NCBI GenBank assembly: GCA_963776345.1
Contig: CAVZMH010000020.1
Location: forward strand, 44,626 to 108,625
From: an uncultured delta proteobacterium
GTDB lineage: Bacteria; Myxococcota; Myxococcia; Myxococcales; Myxococcaceae
DNA length: 64,000 bases
Reading direction: 5' to 3'
The translations under genes were made by a program, and so were the position numbers. Below, in pieces: positions 50,945 through 59,711 of this stretch (the first letter of the stretch is position 1; each line of letters opens with the position of its first letter). Below the pieces are notes generated by a model. It saw nothing but the letters and a program-made list of their open reading frames with translations. It did no database searches and was not told the DNA's origin.

Positions 50945-51531
50945 TGACCCGCCGGGCATTCACCTTGCTCGAGGCGATGACCACCTGCGCGATCATCGCC
51001 GTCCTGGCCGCCCTGGCGATGGAGAGCTGGGATTCGGCCATCGCCCGGGCGCGGGCCAACGACGCGGTGATGGGCGTCTACGGACAGCTGCTCGCGGCAC
51101 GGAAGATCGCCCGCACGCACAACCAGCCGGTGCGGCTGGCGATGGTGCCGGACGGGGGCGTCACCCTCGCCCGCTGGGAGCGGCTCCCGTGTGACAACGA
51201 GGTCTTCGGGCTCGGCTGCCCCTCCGCCGCCTGCGCCACCACCGACGCCTGCGGCGGAGGCTCGTGCCCCTGCCGGGACACGGGCGACTGGGTGACGGTG
51301 CCGTCCACCGTGGACCTCAGCGCCTGGGCGGGTCTGTGCTTCCGGGGCGGCACCGGTCAGGCGGTGCCCCGGGTGGCGGGGGTGGGCGACTGTCTGGCGC
51401 CGCCCCCTGCCGGCGCGCTCGGCCTCCGGGCCGGCATCGCCCATCAGAACGACCAGCAGCTGCTGCTCGAGCCGCTGAGCGGGCAGCCGAGGCTGCTGTC
51501 CTGCAGCACGGGGGACGCCGGCTGCAACTGA
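50944..51531 (+). CDS. Type IV minor pilin (FimT/GspH-like)
   Basis: Prepilin leader RRAFTLLEAMTTCAIIAVLAALA. TGATG overlap. Cys-rich C-terminus. Confidence 0.7.
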   Translation: MTRRAFTLLEAMTTCAIIAVLAALAMESWDSAIARARANDAVMGVYGQLLAARKIARTHNQPVRLAMVPDGGVTLARWERLPCDNEVFGLGCPSAACATTDACGGGSCPCRDTGDWVTVPSTVDLSAWAGLCFRGGTGQAVPRVAGVGDCLAPPPAGALGLRAGIAHQNDQQLLLEPLSGQPRLLSCSTGDAGCN

Positions 51532-51587
51532 GGGTCGCGCGGGCGGACCTGGACTGACGGGGTCGGGTCGTCTGTTACATTGAGAGG

Positions 51588-52796
51588 ATGCTTCGCCGGC
51601 TCGGTCTTCTCTGTCTCCTCTGCGTGGCGTCTGCCTGTCACCGGGCGACGCCGGCGGAGGCCCCGGCGAAGAGCGCGGCCACCAACCCCGGCCTCCCCAC
51701 CGCCCCCAGCCACCACCCGTCGCGCCCGCCCCCGGTGGAGCCGCTGGCGGTGTGCGACGCGCGGGGTCTCGACCCGCTCGACGCGGCGCGGGCGGCGTAC
51801 GACGCCCGGGAGTACGACCGGGCGCTCTCCTGCGCCGCCGAGGCCTCGGCGAAGGCGCCCGACGAGCCGGACGCGCACAGCGAGCGGGGCGCGGCGCTCT
51901 CGGCGCTGGGCCACTTCGAGGAGGCCAAGCTGGCCTATGCACGGGCGCTGGCGCTCGACCCGGAGCACCTCGATTCGCTGCTCGGCGCGGCGCACCTCTA
52001 CGGGGTGAGCCTCCCCAGCACCCGGGACAACGACGAGCTGGCGTTCGTCTACGCCGAGCGGGGGCGGCAGCTGGCCCGCGAGGCCGGCGACGGTGAGCTG
52101 GCCGCGCAGTTCGCCCTGCTCGGGGCCATGGCCGCCAACGACCTCGGCGAGGCGCAGGTGGCGCTCGAGCGGAGCGAGGAGGCCGGCGAGGAGCGCGCCA
52201 GCGACGCGGACGTGGCCTACGAGCGGGCGGTGGCGCTCTTCGAGCTGTGCCGCTTCAAGGAGGCGCAGGAGGCCTTCACCCGGCTGCTCTCGGACGACGA
52301 GCACGGGGCGCACGCCCACCAGCACCTCGGGCTGCTGCTGGAGCGGGAAGGGAAGCTGACCGAGGCCGAGGCGCACCTCCGGAAGGCGCACCAGCTGTCG
52401 CCGGAGGACTTCCCGGCGCCGCAGCTCCTCTCGGAGAAGGAGTTCCGCCGCGAGGTGGACCGGGCGCTGGCCGGGCTGCCGGCGGACATGCGGAAGGACC
52501 TCGGCGGCATCCCGGTGACGGTGGAGGACATCCCCAAGGCCGAGGACCTCCTGGAGGGCGACCCGCCGCTGTCTCCCACCATCCTCGGGCTCTTCCGCGG
52601 GCCGCCCATCGGCGAGTCGTGCAGCGCGGACGACGGCCCGGTGTGCCGCTCGGTGGTGGTGTACCGGAAGAACCTGGCCCGCGCGGTGAGCTCGCGCGAG
52701 GAGCTGGAGGAGCAGATCCGGGTGACGCTGCTCCACGAGATCGGGCACCTCCGGGGCGAGGACGACCTGGAGCTCGCCGCGCGCGGGCTCGAATGA
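51588..52796 (+). CDS. Lipoprotein with TPR repeats and a C-terminal zincin (DUF1025-type) metallopeptidase motif
   Basis: LLCVASAC lipobox, TPR region and C-terminal LLHEIGHLRGEDD. Confidence 0.7.
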   Translation: MLRRLGLLCLLCVASACHRATPAEAPAKSAATNPGLPTAPSHHPSRPPPVEPLAVCDARGLDPLDAARAAYDAREYDRALSCAAEASAKAPDEPDAHSERGAALSALGHFEEAKLAYARALALDPEHLDSLLGAAHLYGVSLPSTRDNDELAFVYAERGRQLAREAGDGELAAQFALLGAMAANDLGEAQVALERSEEAGEERASDADVAYERAVALFELCRFKEAQEAFTRLLSDDEHGAHAHQHLGLLLEREGKLTEAEAHLRKAHQLSPEDFPAPQLLSEKEFRREVDRALAGLPADMRKDLGGIPVTVEDIPKAEDLLEGDPPLSPTILGLFRGPPIGESCSADDGPVCRSVVVYRKNLARAVSSREELEEQIRVTLLHEIGHLRGEDDLELAARGLE

Positions 52797-53981
52797 GCTC
52801 CGAGCGTCGCGGTCCTCCGCCGGCGGTCCGGGTGTCGGCGGACGGGGCCCGCGCGCTCCGGCACCTCCGGCCCTGGGTCTGGAGGAAGGACGTGCTCGAG
52901 CCGCCGGACGCGCCCGGGGGCGCGGTGGTGACGGTGGTCGACCCACGGGGGCAGCCGGCGGGGCAGGCGCTGTGGGCGGCCCGGAGTCCGCTCGCGCTGC
53001 GGCTCCTCACCCGGCGCTCTCCGGCGGACGAGCGCGTGGACGCAGGGTGGTTCCGGGCCCGGCTCGAGGCGTCCATCGCCCGGAGGGCGCCGCTCGGGCG
53101 CGAGGCGCTCCGGCTGGTGCACGGCGAGTCCGACGGGTTGCCGGGCCTGTTCGTGGACCGCTACCGCGACCGGCTGGTGCTGCAGACCCTGTCGGAGGGG
53201 ATGGACGCGCAGAAGGAGGCGCTCGCCGCGGCGCTGGTGGAGCTGACCGGCGCGGTCCAGGTGGTCTGCCGCGACGACGGCTCGGGGCGCGACTTCGAGC
53301 AGCTCCCGCGCGAGTCGCGCGTGCTGCGAGGCCCAGCGGACGCCGAGGCGGAGTGGCGCGCGGGCGAGAACGTCTTCCGCGCCGACTTGCTCCGGGGACA
53401 TGAAGACCGGAGCGTTCCTGGACCAGGCGGAGAACCACCTCCGGGCGGGTGAGCTCGGCCGCGGTCGCGCGCTGGATGCCTTCAGCTACCACGGTGGGTT
53501 CGCGCTGGCGCTGGCCGGGCGGTGCGACTCGGTGCTGGCGCTGGAGCAGGACCCGGCGGCGGCGGCCCGCCTCGCCGACAACGTGCGGCGGAACGGCCGG
53601 AGGAACGTCGAGGCCCGCGAGGCGAACGCGTTCGACGTGCTGCACCAGCTGGACCGGGACGGCGAGCGGTTCGACACGGTGGTGCTCGACCCGCCGGGGC
53701 TGGCGAAGCGCAAGGAGGGTCCGAGGACGGCGCTGCGTGCCTACCGCGAGCTGAACGTCCGGGCGCTGCGCCTGCTCCGGCCCGGTGGGCTGCTGGTCAC
53801 CTGCTCCTGCTCGGGGAAGGTGAAGCTTCCGGACTTCGAGGAGATGTTGCTCGAGGCGGCGGACGACGTGCGGCGGCCGATCCAGATCCTCGAGCGGCGC
53901 GGGCCGGCGACGGACCATCCGGCGCTCGGTGGATTGCCGGAGACGGAATATCTGAAGGCGTTCTTCGTCCGGCCGCTCTGA
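52793..53981 (+). pseudogene. rlmI: 23S rRNA m5C methyltransferase RlmI-like (PUA plus class I MTase), with a frameshift at 53401 as sequenced
   Basis: ...VFRADLLRGH in one frame and MKTGAFLDQAEN...VLDPPG... in the next. Deleting T53401 gives LLRGQKTGAFLDQ, the family motif. Confidence 0.8.
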
Positions 53982-54018
53982 GCGCTCGGGCCGTCCTGCT
54001 CTTCGGGCGGCCTGCGCT

Positions 54019-54056
54019 GAGCGACACCGGCCTCGGGGGGGACGCCGGTGTCGCTC
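54019..54056 (+). terminator. 13-bp perfect GC hairpin downstream of rlmI, with no U-tract
   Basis: GAGCGACACCGGC (54019-54031) pairs with GCCGGTGTCGCTC (54044-54056). Confidence 0.35.
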
Positions 54057-54141
54057 GGGCAGGTGAGTGGGGGTTCGGGCCCTGACCCAGGCCTCGGCCC
54101 GACCCGGGGCAGGCTGCAACGGCTGCGGCCGGGGCCGGCTT

Positions 54142-54267
54142 CAGCGCTCAAGATGCTATAGCACTCTCGCCTACTGAGAGTGCGAGTTGATCCAACGTAA
54201 GCACCTGACTCGTCGTGGAGGCAAACACTCAGGGTGTATGGAGCGTGCTATAGCATCTTGAGCGCTG
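54142..54267. repeat. 126-bp low-GC element with 23-bp perfect terminal inverted repeats (MITE-like or structured RNA)
   Basis: CAGCGCTCAAGATGCTATAGCAC at 54142-54164 is the exact reverse complement of 54245-54267. The 80-bp interior has further local hairpins. Confidence 0.85.
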
Positions 54268-54415
54268 GAGGCAGGCGGCCCGGCACTGTCGACCGCTCAT
54301 CGACCGGCGTCCCGGGGTGGCTCCCAGGCGCATGCGCTCGATGAGTTCCGGCGCGCGCTCGCGTCTACCCCAGCGACGTCCGCAGTTGAACGGACCCAGG
54401 AACTGGAGAGAGACG

Positions 54416-54901
54416 ATGGCGGTGACGCAGAAGATCAGGCCGATGCTGTGGTTCGACGGCAAGGCGGAGGAGGCGGCGCGGTTCTACGTCTCCCTCTTCC
54501 CCGGCTCGAAGATCCTCGAGATGACGCGCTTCGGCGAGACCGGCCCCGGTCCGAAGGGCTCGGTGATGACGGTGAGCTTCCGGCTGGGAGACCAGGAGTA
54601 CGTCGGGCTGAATGGTGGTCCGCAGTTCAAGTTCACCGAGGCCATCTCGCTGGCGATCGAGTGCGAGACCCAGGAGGAGGTCGACCGGCTCTGGAGCGCG
54701 CTGACCTCGGGCGGCGGGCAGGAAGGGCAGTGCGGCTGGCTCAAGGACCGCTACGGGCTCTCGTGGCAGGTCGTCCCGTCGGCGCTGATCCGCGCGGTCA
54801 GCGGGCCGGATCAGAAGAAGGCCGACCGGGTCATGGCGGCGGTGATGACCATGCAGAAGATCGACCTGGCGCGGATCGAGGCTGCCGCGCGGGGCCGTTG
54901 A
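54416..54901 (+). CDS. VOC-family protein (PhnB / 3-demethylubiquinone methyltransferase-like domain)
   Basis: KIRPMLWFDGKAEEAARFYVSLFPGS...FTEAISL...CGWLKDRYGLSWQVVP. GGAGAGAG upstream of the ATG. Confidence 0.8.
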   Translation: MAVTQKIRPMLWFDGKAEEAARFYVSLFPGSKILEMTRFGETGPGPKGSVMTVSFRLGDQEYVGLNGGPQFKFTEAISLAIECETQEEVDRLWSALTSGGGQEGQCGWLKDRYGLSWQVVPSALIRAVSGPDQKKADRVMAAVMTMQKIDLARIEAAARGR

Positions 54902-55020
54902 CGCGGGCAGGCGTCGGCCCGTTCGTTGCAGCCCGCCAGCGCACCGGCCGAGGCCAGGCCGCACCTCTGCAACCCGTCCGGTGACACGGACGCTGTCGTC
55001 CCCTCGGAGCAATGACCGTC

Positions 55021-55536
55021 CTACTTGCCCGGAGGCGAGGCGCCGGTGGCCGCGGCCCTCGGCGCCGCCGGCCTGCTCAGGTTCGACGCGTGGAGGTGGA
55101 CGATCTTCCACCCCGCGTCCAGCCGCTCGAGGATCATCGTCCGCCGCCCCACGGTCTCACCCTGCGGCAGATGAAACGTGACCAGGGCGATCTTGTCGGA
55201 CAGCAGCTGGATCCGGACGTCCCTCGGGGCCAGCGTGAAGTACGGCGGCGCGGTCCTGCCCGAGTTCCTGCGGATCCGCTCGAACACCACGGCCCAGGCG
55301 CGCTCGAAGCTCTCGGGCGAGTCGGTCCGGAGCACGTTCGGCGGGGCGGGATGGAACACCGTCGCCCCCTCGGCGAAGCAGGAGCGGAAGGCGGGCCAGT
55401 CGAGCGCCTCGAACGCGCGGAGGAACGTGTCGACCGCGGCGCGCACCTCGGCCGTCGCCGCCTCCGGGGCCGGGGGGTCCGCGAGCGCTGGACCGCCGGC
55501 CAGGAGCAGCAGGCCGCCGGCGAGGAGGGCTCTCAT
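55021..55536 (-). CDS. Secreted SnoaL/NTF2-like (DUF4440-type) protein
   Basis: Signal peptide MRALLAGGLLLLAGGPALA. ...WKIVHLHAS C-terminal pattern. ATGA overlap with the restored SRPBCC stop. Confidence 0.65.
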   Translation of the reverse strand: MRALLAGGLLLLAGGPALADPPAPEAATAEVRAAVDTFLRAFEALDWPAFRSCFAEGATVFHPAPPNVLRTDSPESFERAWAVVFERIRRNSGRTAPPYFTLAPRDVRIQLLSDKIALVTFHLPQGETVGRRTMILERLDAGWKIVHLHASNLSRPAAPRAAATGASPPGK

Positions 55537-55992
55537 CCCGCCACCGCGACCGCCGGCGCCCCGAGCCGACGGAGCGTCTCCTCCAGCGACCTGGTGAACA
55601 TCCGCTTCCCTCCGAGCGCGAGCAGGAGGGAGACGATCCGCCCCTTGAGGTTCTTCGGCCGCCGGTCGAACTCGAACCGGACCCGGCTCCCGCTGCCCAC
55701 GGCCTCCACCTGGTACCGCCACCAGCTCCCCGGCGAAGGCGTTCGAGTCCTCGACCTCGATGAGCACCACGCCGGGCTCGCTCCAGTCGTACCGGGTGCG
55801 CTCCCAGACGCCGCCCAGCACCGCGGTCCCCTCGGTGACCTCGGCCTCCGTCTTCCCGACCGAGTGCACCTGGTAGAGCTTCGGGGAGAGGTTCGGCCAG
55901 AGCTCCGGCCGGCGCGGGCTGAAGTCGGTCAGGGCCCCGAGGATCACCTCCGGCGGAGTCGACGAGGTGACCTCTCCCGAGACGCGCGCCAT
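55533..55992 (-). pseudogene. SRPBCC (polyketide cyclase/START-like) protein, with a frameshift in a G4 run at 55728-55731 as sequenced
   Basis: MARVSGEVTSSTPPEVILGALTDF...DSNAFA is followed by junk. The +1 frame gives GSWWRYQVEAVGSGSRVRFEFDRRPKNLKGRIVSLLLALGGKRMFTRSLEETLRRLG and stops at 55533. Confidence 0.7.
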
Positions 55993-56004
55993 GGACGGCC
56001 CTCC

Positions 56005-56514
56005 TCAGCCCGGGAGCCCGAGCTCCTTGCGCAGCCGGGCGGTGATCTCGAAGTACTCCTTCCGCGGGAAGCCCACGTTGAGGATGTGGAAATCCTTCTT
56101 CGAGAGACCCACGCAGCCGAAGCAGTAGTTGCAGTCGGAGAGGTTGCGGGACAACACGAGATACGCCGAGTGCGTGCACGACTCGCATTGGAGGAGGTAG
56201 GCGGACGACTGGCAGCCCTTGCTCTCCCGGCAATGGCTGCAGTTGCTGCAGCCGTCGCAGTCCACGCAGTGCGTACACTGGTAGCAGCCCACGCAATCGC
56301 GGCAGAACATGCAGTTGGCGCAGCGCTCGCAGTCCTTGCAGGCGTAGCTGCCGGGGTTCCCCGGGTCCTCGGCGAAGGCGCGGCCGAGCGCGGCCAGCTG
56401 GTCGAGGAACTCGCGGCGGCCGAGGCGCGCAACCGCGGCGCGGGCCTCCCTGGCCTGGTTGTCGATCTCGGCGGTGGACGGGCGGACGGGAACGCGCGCG
56501 GGGGAGGCGGCCAT
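56005..56514 (-). CDS. Cysteine-ladder protein (19 Cys, 13 of them in an unbroken C-x2-C series), function unknown
   Basis: CKDCERCANCMFCRDCVGCYQCTHCVDCDGCSNCSHC, then further CxxC pairs. 169 aa. High GC3. Confidence 0.7.
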   Translation of the reverse strand: MAASPARVPVRPSTAEIDNQAREARAAVARLGRREFLDQLAALGRAFAEDPGNPGSYACKDCERCANCMFCRDCVGCYQCTHCVDCDGCSNCSHCRESKGCQSSAYLLQCESCTHSAYLVLSRNLSDCNYCFGCVGLSKKDFHILNVGFPRKEYFEITARLRKELGLPG

Positions 56515-56576
56515 CGGTCGTTCCCCGGACTCTAGCAGCGCCGTCGGTCCCCGACGCTATACGCGTCCGTCCCTGC

Positions 56577-58592
56577 TTGGACCTCTCCGGCCTGAACCCT
56601 CCACAGCGTCGTGCCGTCACCACCACCGAAGGCCCGGTCCTGATAGTCGCGGGGGCGGGGAGCGGGAAGACGCGGGTCATCACGCACCGCATCGCCTGGC
56701 TCCTCGACCAGGGAGTCTCCGCCCGCGCCATCCTCGCGGTGACCTTCACCAACAAGGCCGCCGCCGAGATGAAGGAGCGGGTGGTGCGGCTGGTGGGGCA
56801 GGGCGCACAGGCGCTCACCGTCTGCACCTTCCACGCCTTCGGGGCCGAGGTGCTCCGGCAGCACGTCCACAAGCTCGGCTGGCCGCGGAGGTTCGCCATC
56901 GCCGACAGCTCCGATCAGATCTCCCTCGTCCAGCGCGCGCTGCGCGAGCGGTCGATCGACGGGAAGCGCGACTTCGATCCGCGCCGCATCCTCACCGCCA
57001 TCAGCCGGGCGAAGATCGCCGCTCGGGCGCCGAGCGTCGAGGGCGATGCGCCGAGCGACGCGGAGATCGCCGCGGCCGAGGTGTTCCCGCTCTACCAGCG
57101 GGGGCTGAAGGCACAGGGAGCGGTGGACTTCGACGACCTGCTGCTCCTGCCGCTCCGCCTGTTCCGCGAGCACCCGGAGGTGCTGGGCAGCCACGTCCGC
57201 CGCTTCCGGTATCTCATGGTCGACGAGTTCCAGGACACCAACGGCTCGCAGCTGGAGCTGGTCCGCCAGCTCGCCGGGGAGCGGCGGAACGTCTGCGCCG
57301 TCGGCGACGACGACCAGTGCATCTACGGATGGCGCGGCGCCGAGGTGCGGAACATCCTCCGCTTCGAGGAGGCCTTCCCGGGCGCCACCGAGGTCCGGCT
57401 GGAGCAGAACTACCGCAGCGTGCCCGCGGTGCTCGAGGCGGCGCACGGCGTCGTCTCCCAGCTCCCCGAGCGGCGGCCGAAGAAGCTGTGGACCGCGAGA
57501 TCGGAGGGACCGAAGGTCTCGCTGGTCGTCACCCCCGGCGAGGACGACGAGGCGGAATGGGTGGCCCGCAGCATCGAGCAGCGGCTCGCGCGCGGCGTCC
57601 GGCCCGACGACATCGCCGTGCTCTACCGGACCAACGGCCAGTCCCGCCCCTTCGAGGAAGCATTCCGGGCCCGCGGCATCCGGCACGAGGTCGTGGGCGG
57701 CACCGAGTTCTTCGACCGGCGCGAGGTGCGCGACGTGCTCGCCTACCTCAAGCTCCTCGCCAACCCCGCGGACGAGGTCTCGCTCCTGCGCATCGTCAAC
57801 GTGCCGGCGCGCGGCATCGGCGACGTCACGGTGGAGCATCTGGTCGCCCACGCCCGGGGCCGCGGGCAACCGCTCGCCGAGGTCCTGGCGTCTACCGGGT
57901 CCGTTCCCGAGCTGACCCCGGGCGCGGCGCGGGCGGTGAAGGAGTTCTCCGACCTGATCCACCGGACCCGGGGGCGGCTGCGCACCGAGCCCCTCTCGAC
58001 CGTCGCGCGGGCGCTCCTCCACGAGATCGGCTTCGAGGCCGCGGCCCGGGTGAGCACCCCGTCGGCGACGGCGGCGGACCGGAAGCTCCGGGGCGTGGAG
58101 GGCGTGCTCGGCTCGCTGGAGCAGTTCGAGCGCCGGGAAGGGCCCCGGTCGGACCTCCGCACTTACCTAAACCGGCTCTCGCTCGACACCCGGGAGGAGG
58201 AGGACGGGCCCACTCCCGCGCGGGTCACCCTCCTGACCCTCCATGGCGCCAAGGGCCTGGAATTCAAGACGGTCTTCCTGGTGGGCATGGAGGAGGGCTT
58301 CCTCCCCCACGGGGGCATGCAGGGCGAGTCCCAGAACCTCGAGGAGGAGCGCCGGCTCTGCTACGTGGGCATCACCCGGGCCCGGGAGGAGCTGATCCTC
58401 ACCCGGGCCGCCGCCCGGCTCCGGCGGGGCCGCGAGGTGCCCCGGACGCCCTCCCGGTTCCTCGCCGACATCCCAGAGGCCGTCCTCGAGGTGTCTGACA
58501 CCACGGTTCCGCCCCCGGGGCCTCCCGGCGAGGCCGAGCAGGGCTTCTTCCGGAGCCTCAAGGCCCGCCTCCAGGGAGGCCCACTCCCCTAG
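56577..58592 (+). CDS. uvrD: UvrD/PcrA/Rep-family ATP-dependent DNA helicase
   Basis: AGAGSGKT Walker A, DEFQDTN, YRS..., TLHGAKGLEF and LCYVGITRA motifs. TTG start. Confidence 0.9.
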   Translation: MDLSGLNPPQRRAVTTTEGPVLIVAGAGSGKTRVITHRIAWLLDQGVSARAILAVTFTNKAAAEMKERVVRLVGQGAQALTVCTFHAFGAEVLRQHVHKLGWPRRFAIADSSDQISLVQRALRERSIDGKRDFDPRRILTAISRAKIAARAPSVEGDAPSDAEIAAAEVFPLYQRGLKAQGAVDFDDLLLLPLRLFREHPEVLGSHVRRFRYLMVDEFQDTNGSQLELVRQLAGERRNVCAVGDDDQCIYGWRGAEVRNILRFEEAFPGATEVRLEQNYRSVPAVLEAAHGVVSQLPERRPKKLWTARSEGPKVSLVVTPGEDDEAEWVARSIEQRLARGVRPDDIAVLYRTNGQSRPFEEAFRARGIRHEVVGGTEFFDRREVRDVLAYLKLLANPADEVSLLRIVNVPARGIGDVTVEHLVAHARGRGQPLAEVLASTGSVPELTPGAARAVKEFSDLIHRTRGRLRTEPLSTVARALLHEIGFEAAARVSTPSATAADRKLRGVEGVLGSLEQFERREGPRSDLRTYLNRLSLDTREEEDGPTPARVTLLTLHGAKGLEFKTVFLVGMEEGFLPHGGMQGESQNLEEERRLCYVGITRAREELILTRAAARLRRGREVPRTPSRFLADIPEAVLEVSDTTVPPPGPPGEAEQGFFRSLKARLQGGPLP

Positions 58593-58675
58593 GTCCGCTT
58601 GACTTGGGGCGCCAAGACCTCTACATCGCCCGTCTTTTCCGGGGGGCACCCCCTCCGGTGCCGGAGTGTCTCCAG

Positions 58676-59122
58676 ATGTCGAACCGGACGTACAGCGCGA
58701 GGCCCGCGGACGTGAAGCGGGCGTGGCACGTCATCGACGTGAACGACAAGGTGCTCGGGCGTGCCGCGAGCCAGATCGCTGCCCTGCTCAAGGGCAAGCA
58801 CAAGCCCATCTACACCCCGTCGATGGACACCGGTGACCACGTCATCGTCATCAACGCCGCGAAGGTGAAGGTCACCGGCTCGAAGGAAACCAACAAGCTC
58901 TACCACCGGCACCCGCGGGCCGGCTTTCCGGGCGCCCTGAAGACCACCAACCTCGCGGCGCTGCGTGCGCGGCACCCTGAGGACGTGATCGTCAACGCCG
59001 TTCGCCGGATGCTCCCCCGCAACGCGCTGGGCCGGCAGATGATGACCAAGCTCAAGGTCTACCCGGGCGAGCAGCATCCGCACGCCGCGCAGAAGCCCGA
59101 GCCGCGCCAGGTGGAGGCCTGA
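58676..59122 (+). CDS. rplM: 50S ribosomal protein L13
   Basis: [37 protein letters not shown] at 58676 inside ORF 58604..59122. Confidence 0.93.
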   Translation: MSNRTYSARPADVKRAWHVIDVNDKVLGRAASQIAALLKGKHKPIYTPSMDTGDHVIVINAAKVKVTGSKETNKLYHRHPRAGFPGALKTTNLAALRARHPEDVIVNAVRRMLPRNALGRQMMTKLKVYPGEQHPHAAQKPEPRQVEA

Positions 59123-59130
59123 GGTCCACG

Positions 59131-59532
59131 ATGCCGATCCAGAACGAGAACGGGTTCTACGCCACCGGCCGCCGCAAGGAGTCCACGGCCCGGGTGTGGG
59201 TGAAGGAAGGAAGCGGGGCCATCGTGGTCAACGGCCGCCCGCTCGACGAGTACTTCGGGCGCGAGACCTCGAAGATGATCCTCAACCAGCCGCTGCAGAT
59301 CCTCGAGCAGGTGGGCAAGGTCGACGTCACCGTCAACGTGGTGGGCGGCGGTCTCTCCGGCCAGGCCGGCGCCATCCGCCACGGGCTCAGCCGCGCGCTG
59401 TGCCTCCTGAACCCCGAGTTCAGGAACCCGCTGAAGAAGGCCGGCTTCCTCACCCGTGACGCCCGCGTGGTGGAGCGCAAGAAGTACGGTCAGCCCGGCG
59501 CCCGCCGTCGGTTCCAGTTCAGCAAGCGCTAG
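59131..59532 (+). CDS. rpsI: 30S ribosomal protein S9
   Basis: [10 protein letters not shown]...[19 protein letters not shown]...[18 protein letters not shown]. Confidence 0.95.
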   Translation: MPIQNENGFYATGRRKESTARVWVKEGSGAIVVNGRPLDEYFGRETSKMILNQPLQILEQVGKVDVTVNVVGGGLSGQAGAIRHGLSRALCLLNPEFRNPLKKAGFLTRDARVVERKKYGQPGARRRFQFSKR

Positions 59533-59650
59533 GTCAGGGTCAGGGCGGCCGCAGTCGAGGTCCGCGTCGGGGTGGCGTCAGGCGGGCTGCAGTCGGCGAG
59601 GTCAGGGCGGCCGCAGTCAGCGAAGCAGCGGCCGCAATCCGGCCGTTTCA
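59533..59650. repeat. Copy of the GCGGCCGC-CCTGACC repeat family (reverse orientation) directly after the rpsI stop
   Basis: GGTCAGGGTCAGGGCGGCCGC...GGTCAGGGCGGCCGCAGTCAGC...GCGGCCGC. Three NotI-type cores. Confidence 0.75.
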
Positions 59651-59711
59651 GGCATGTAGGCCGGGCCCGCACAGGCGGGGTCGCTCGCCCGGGTGCTAGG
59701 CTTCCGGGGGC

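Noticed and set aside
54229-54462. 77-aa minus-strand ORF spanning the right inverted repeat
   Set aside because: It overlaps the VOC gene start on the opposite strand. It has low GC3 in its repeat part, no ribosome-binding site and no recognisable domain.
58604-58675. 24-codon N-terminal extension of L13
   Set aside because: L13 homology starts at [17 protein letters not shown] (ATG 58676). The extension covers a likely promoter (TTGACT-17 nt-TACATC at 58599-58627).
59640-59711. Possible small RNA or attenuator between the rpsI repeat element and pilT
   Set aside because: It contains only weak, short pairings and no promoter- or terminator-like signal that I could support.
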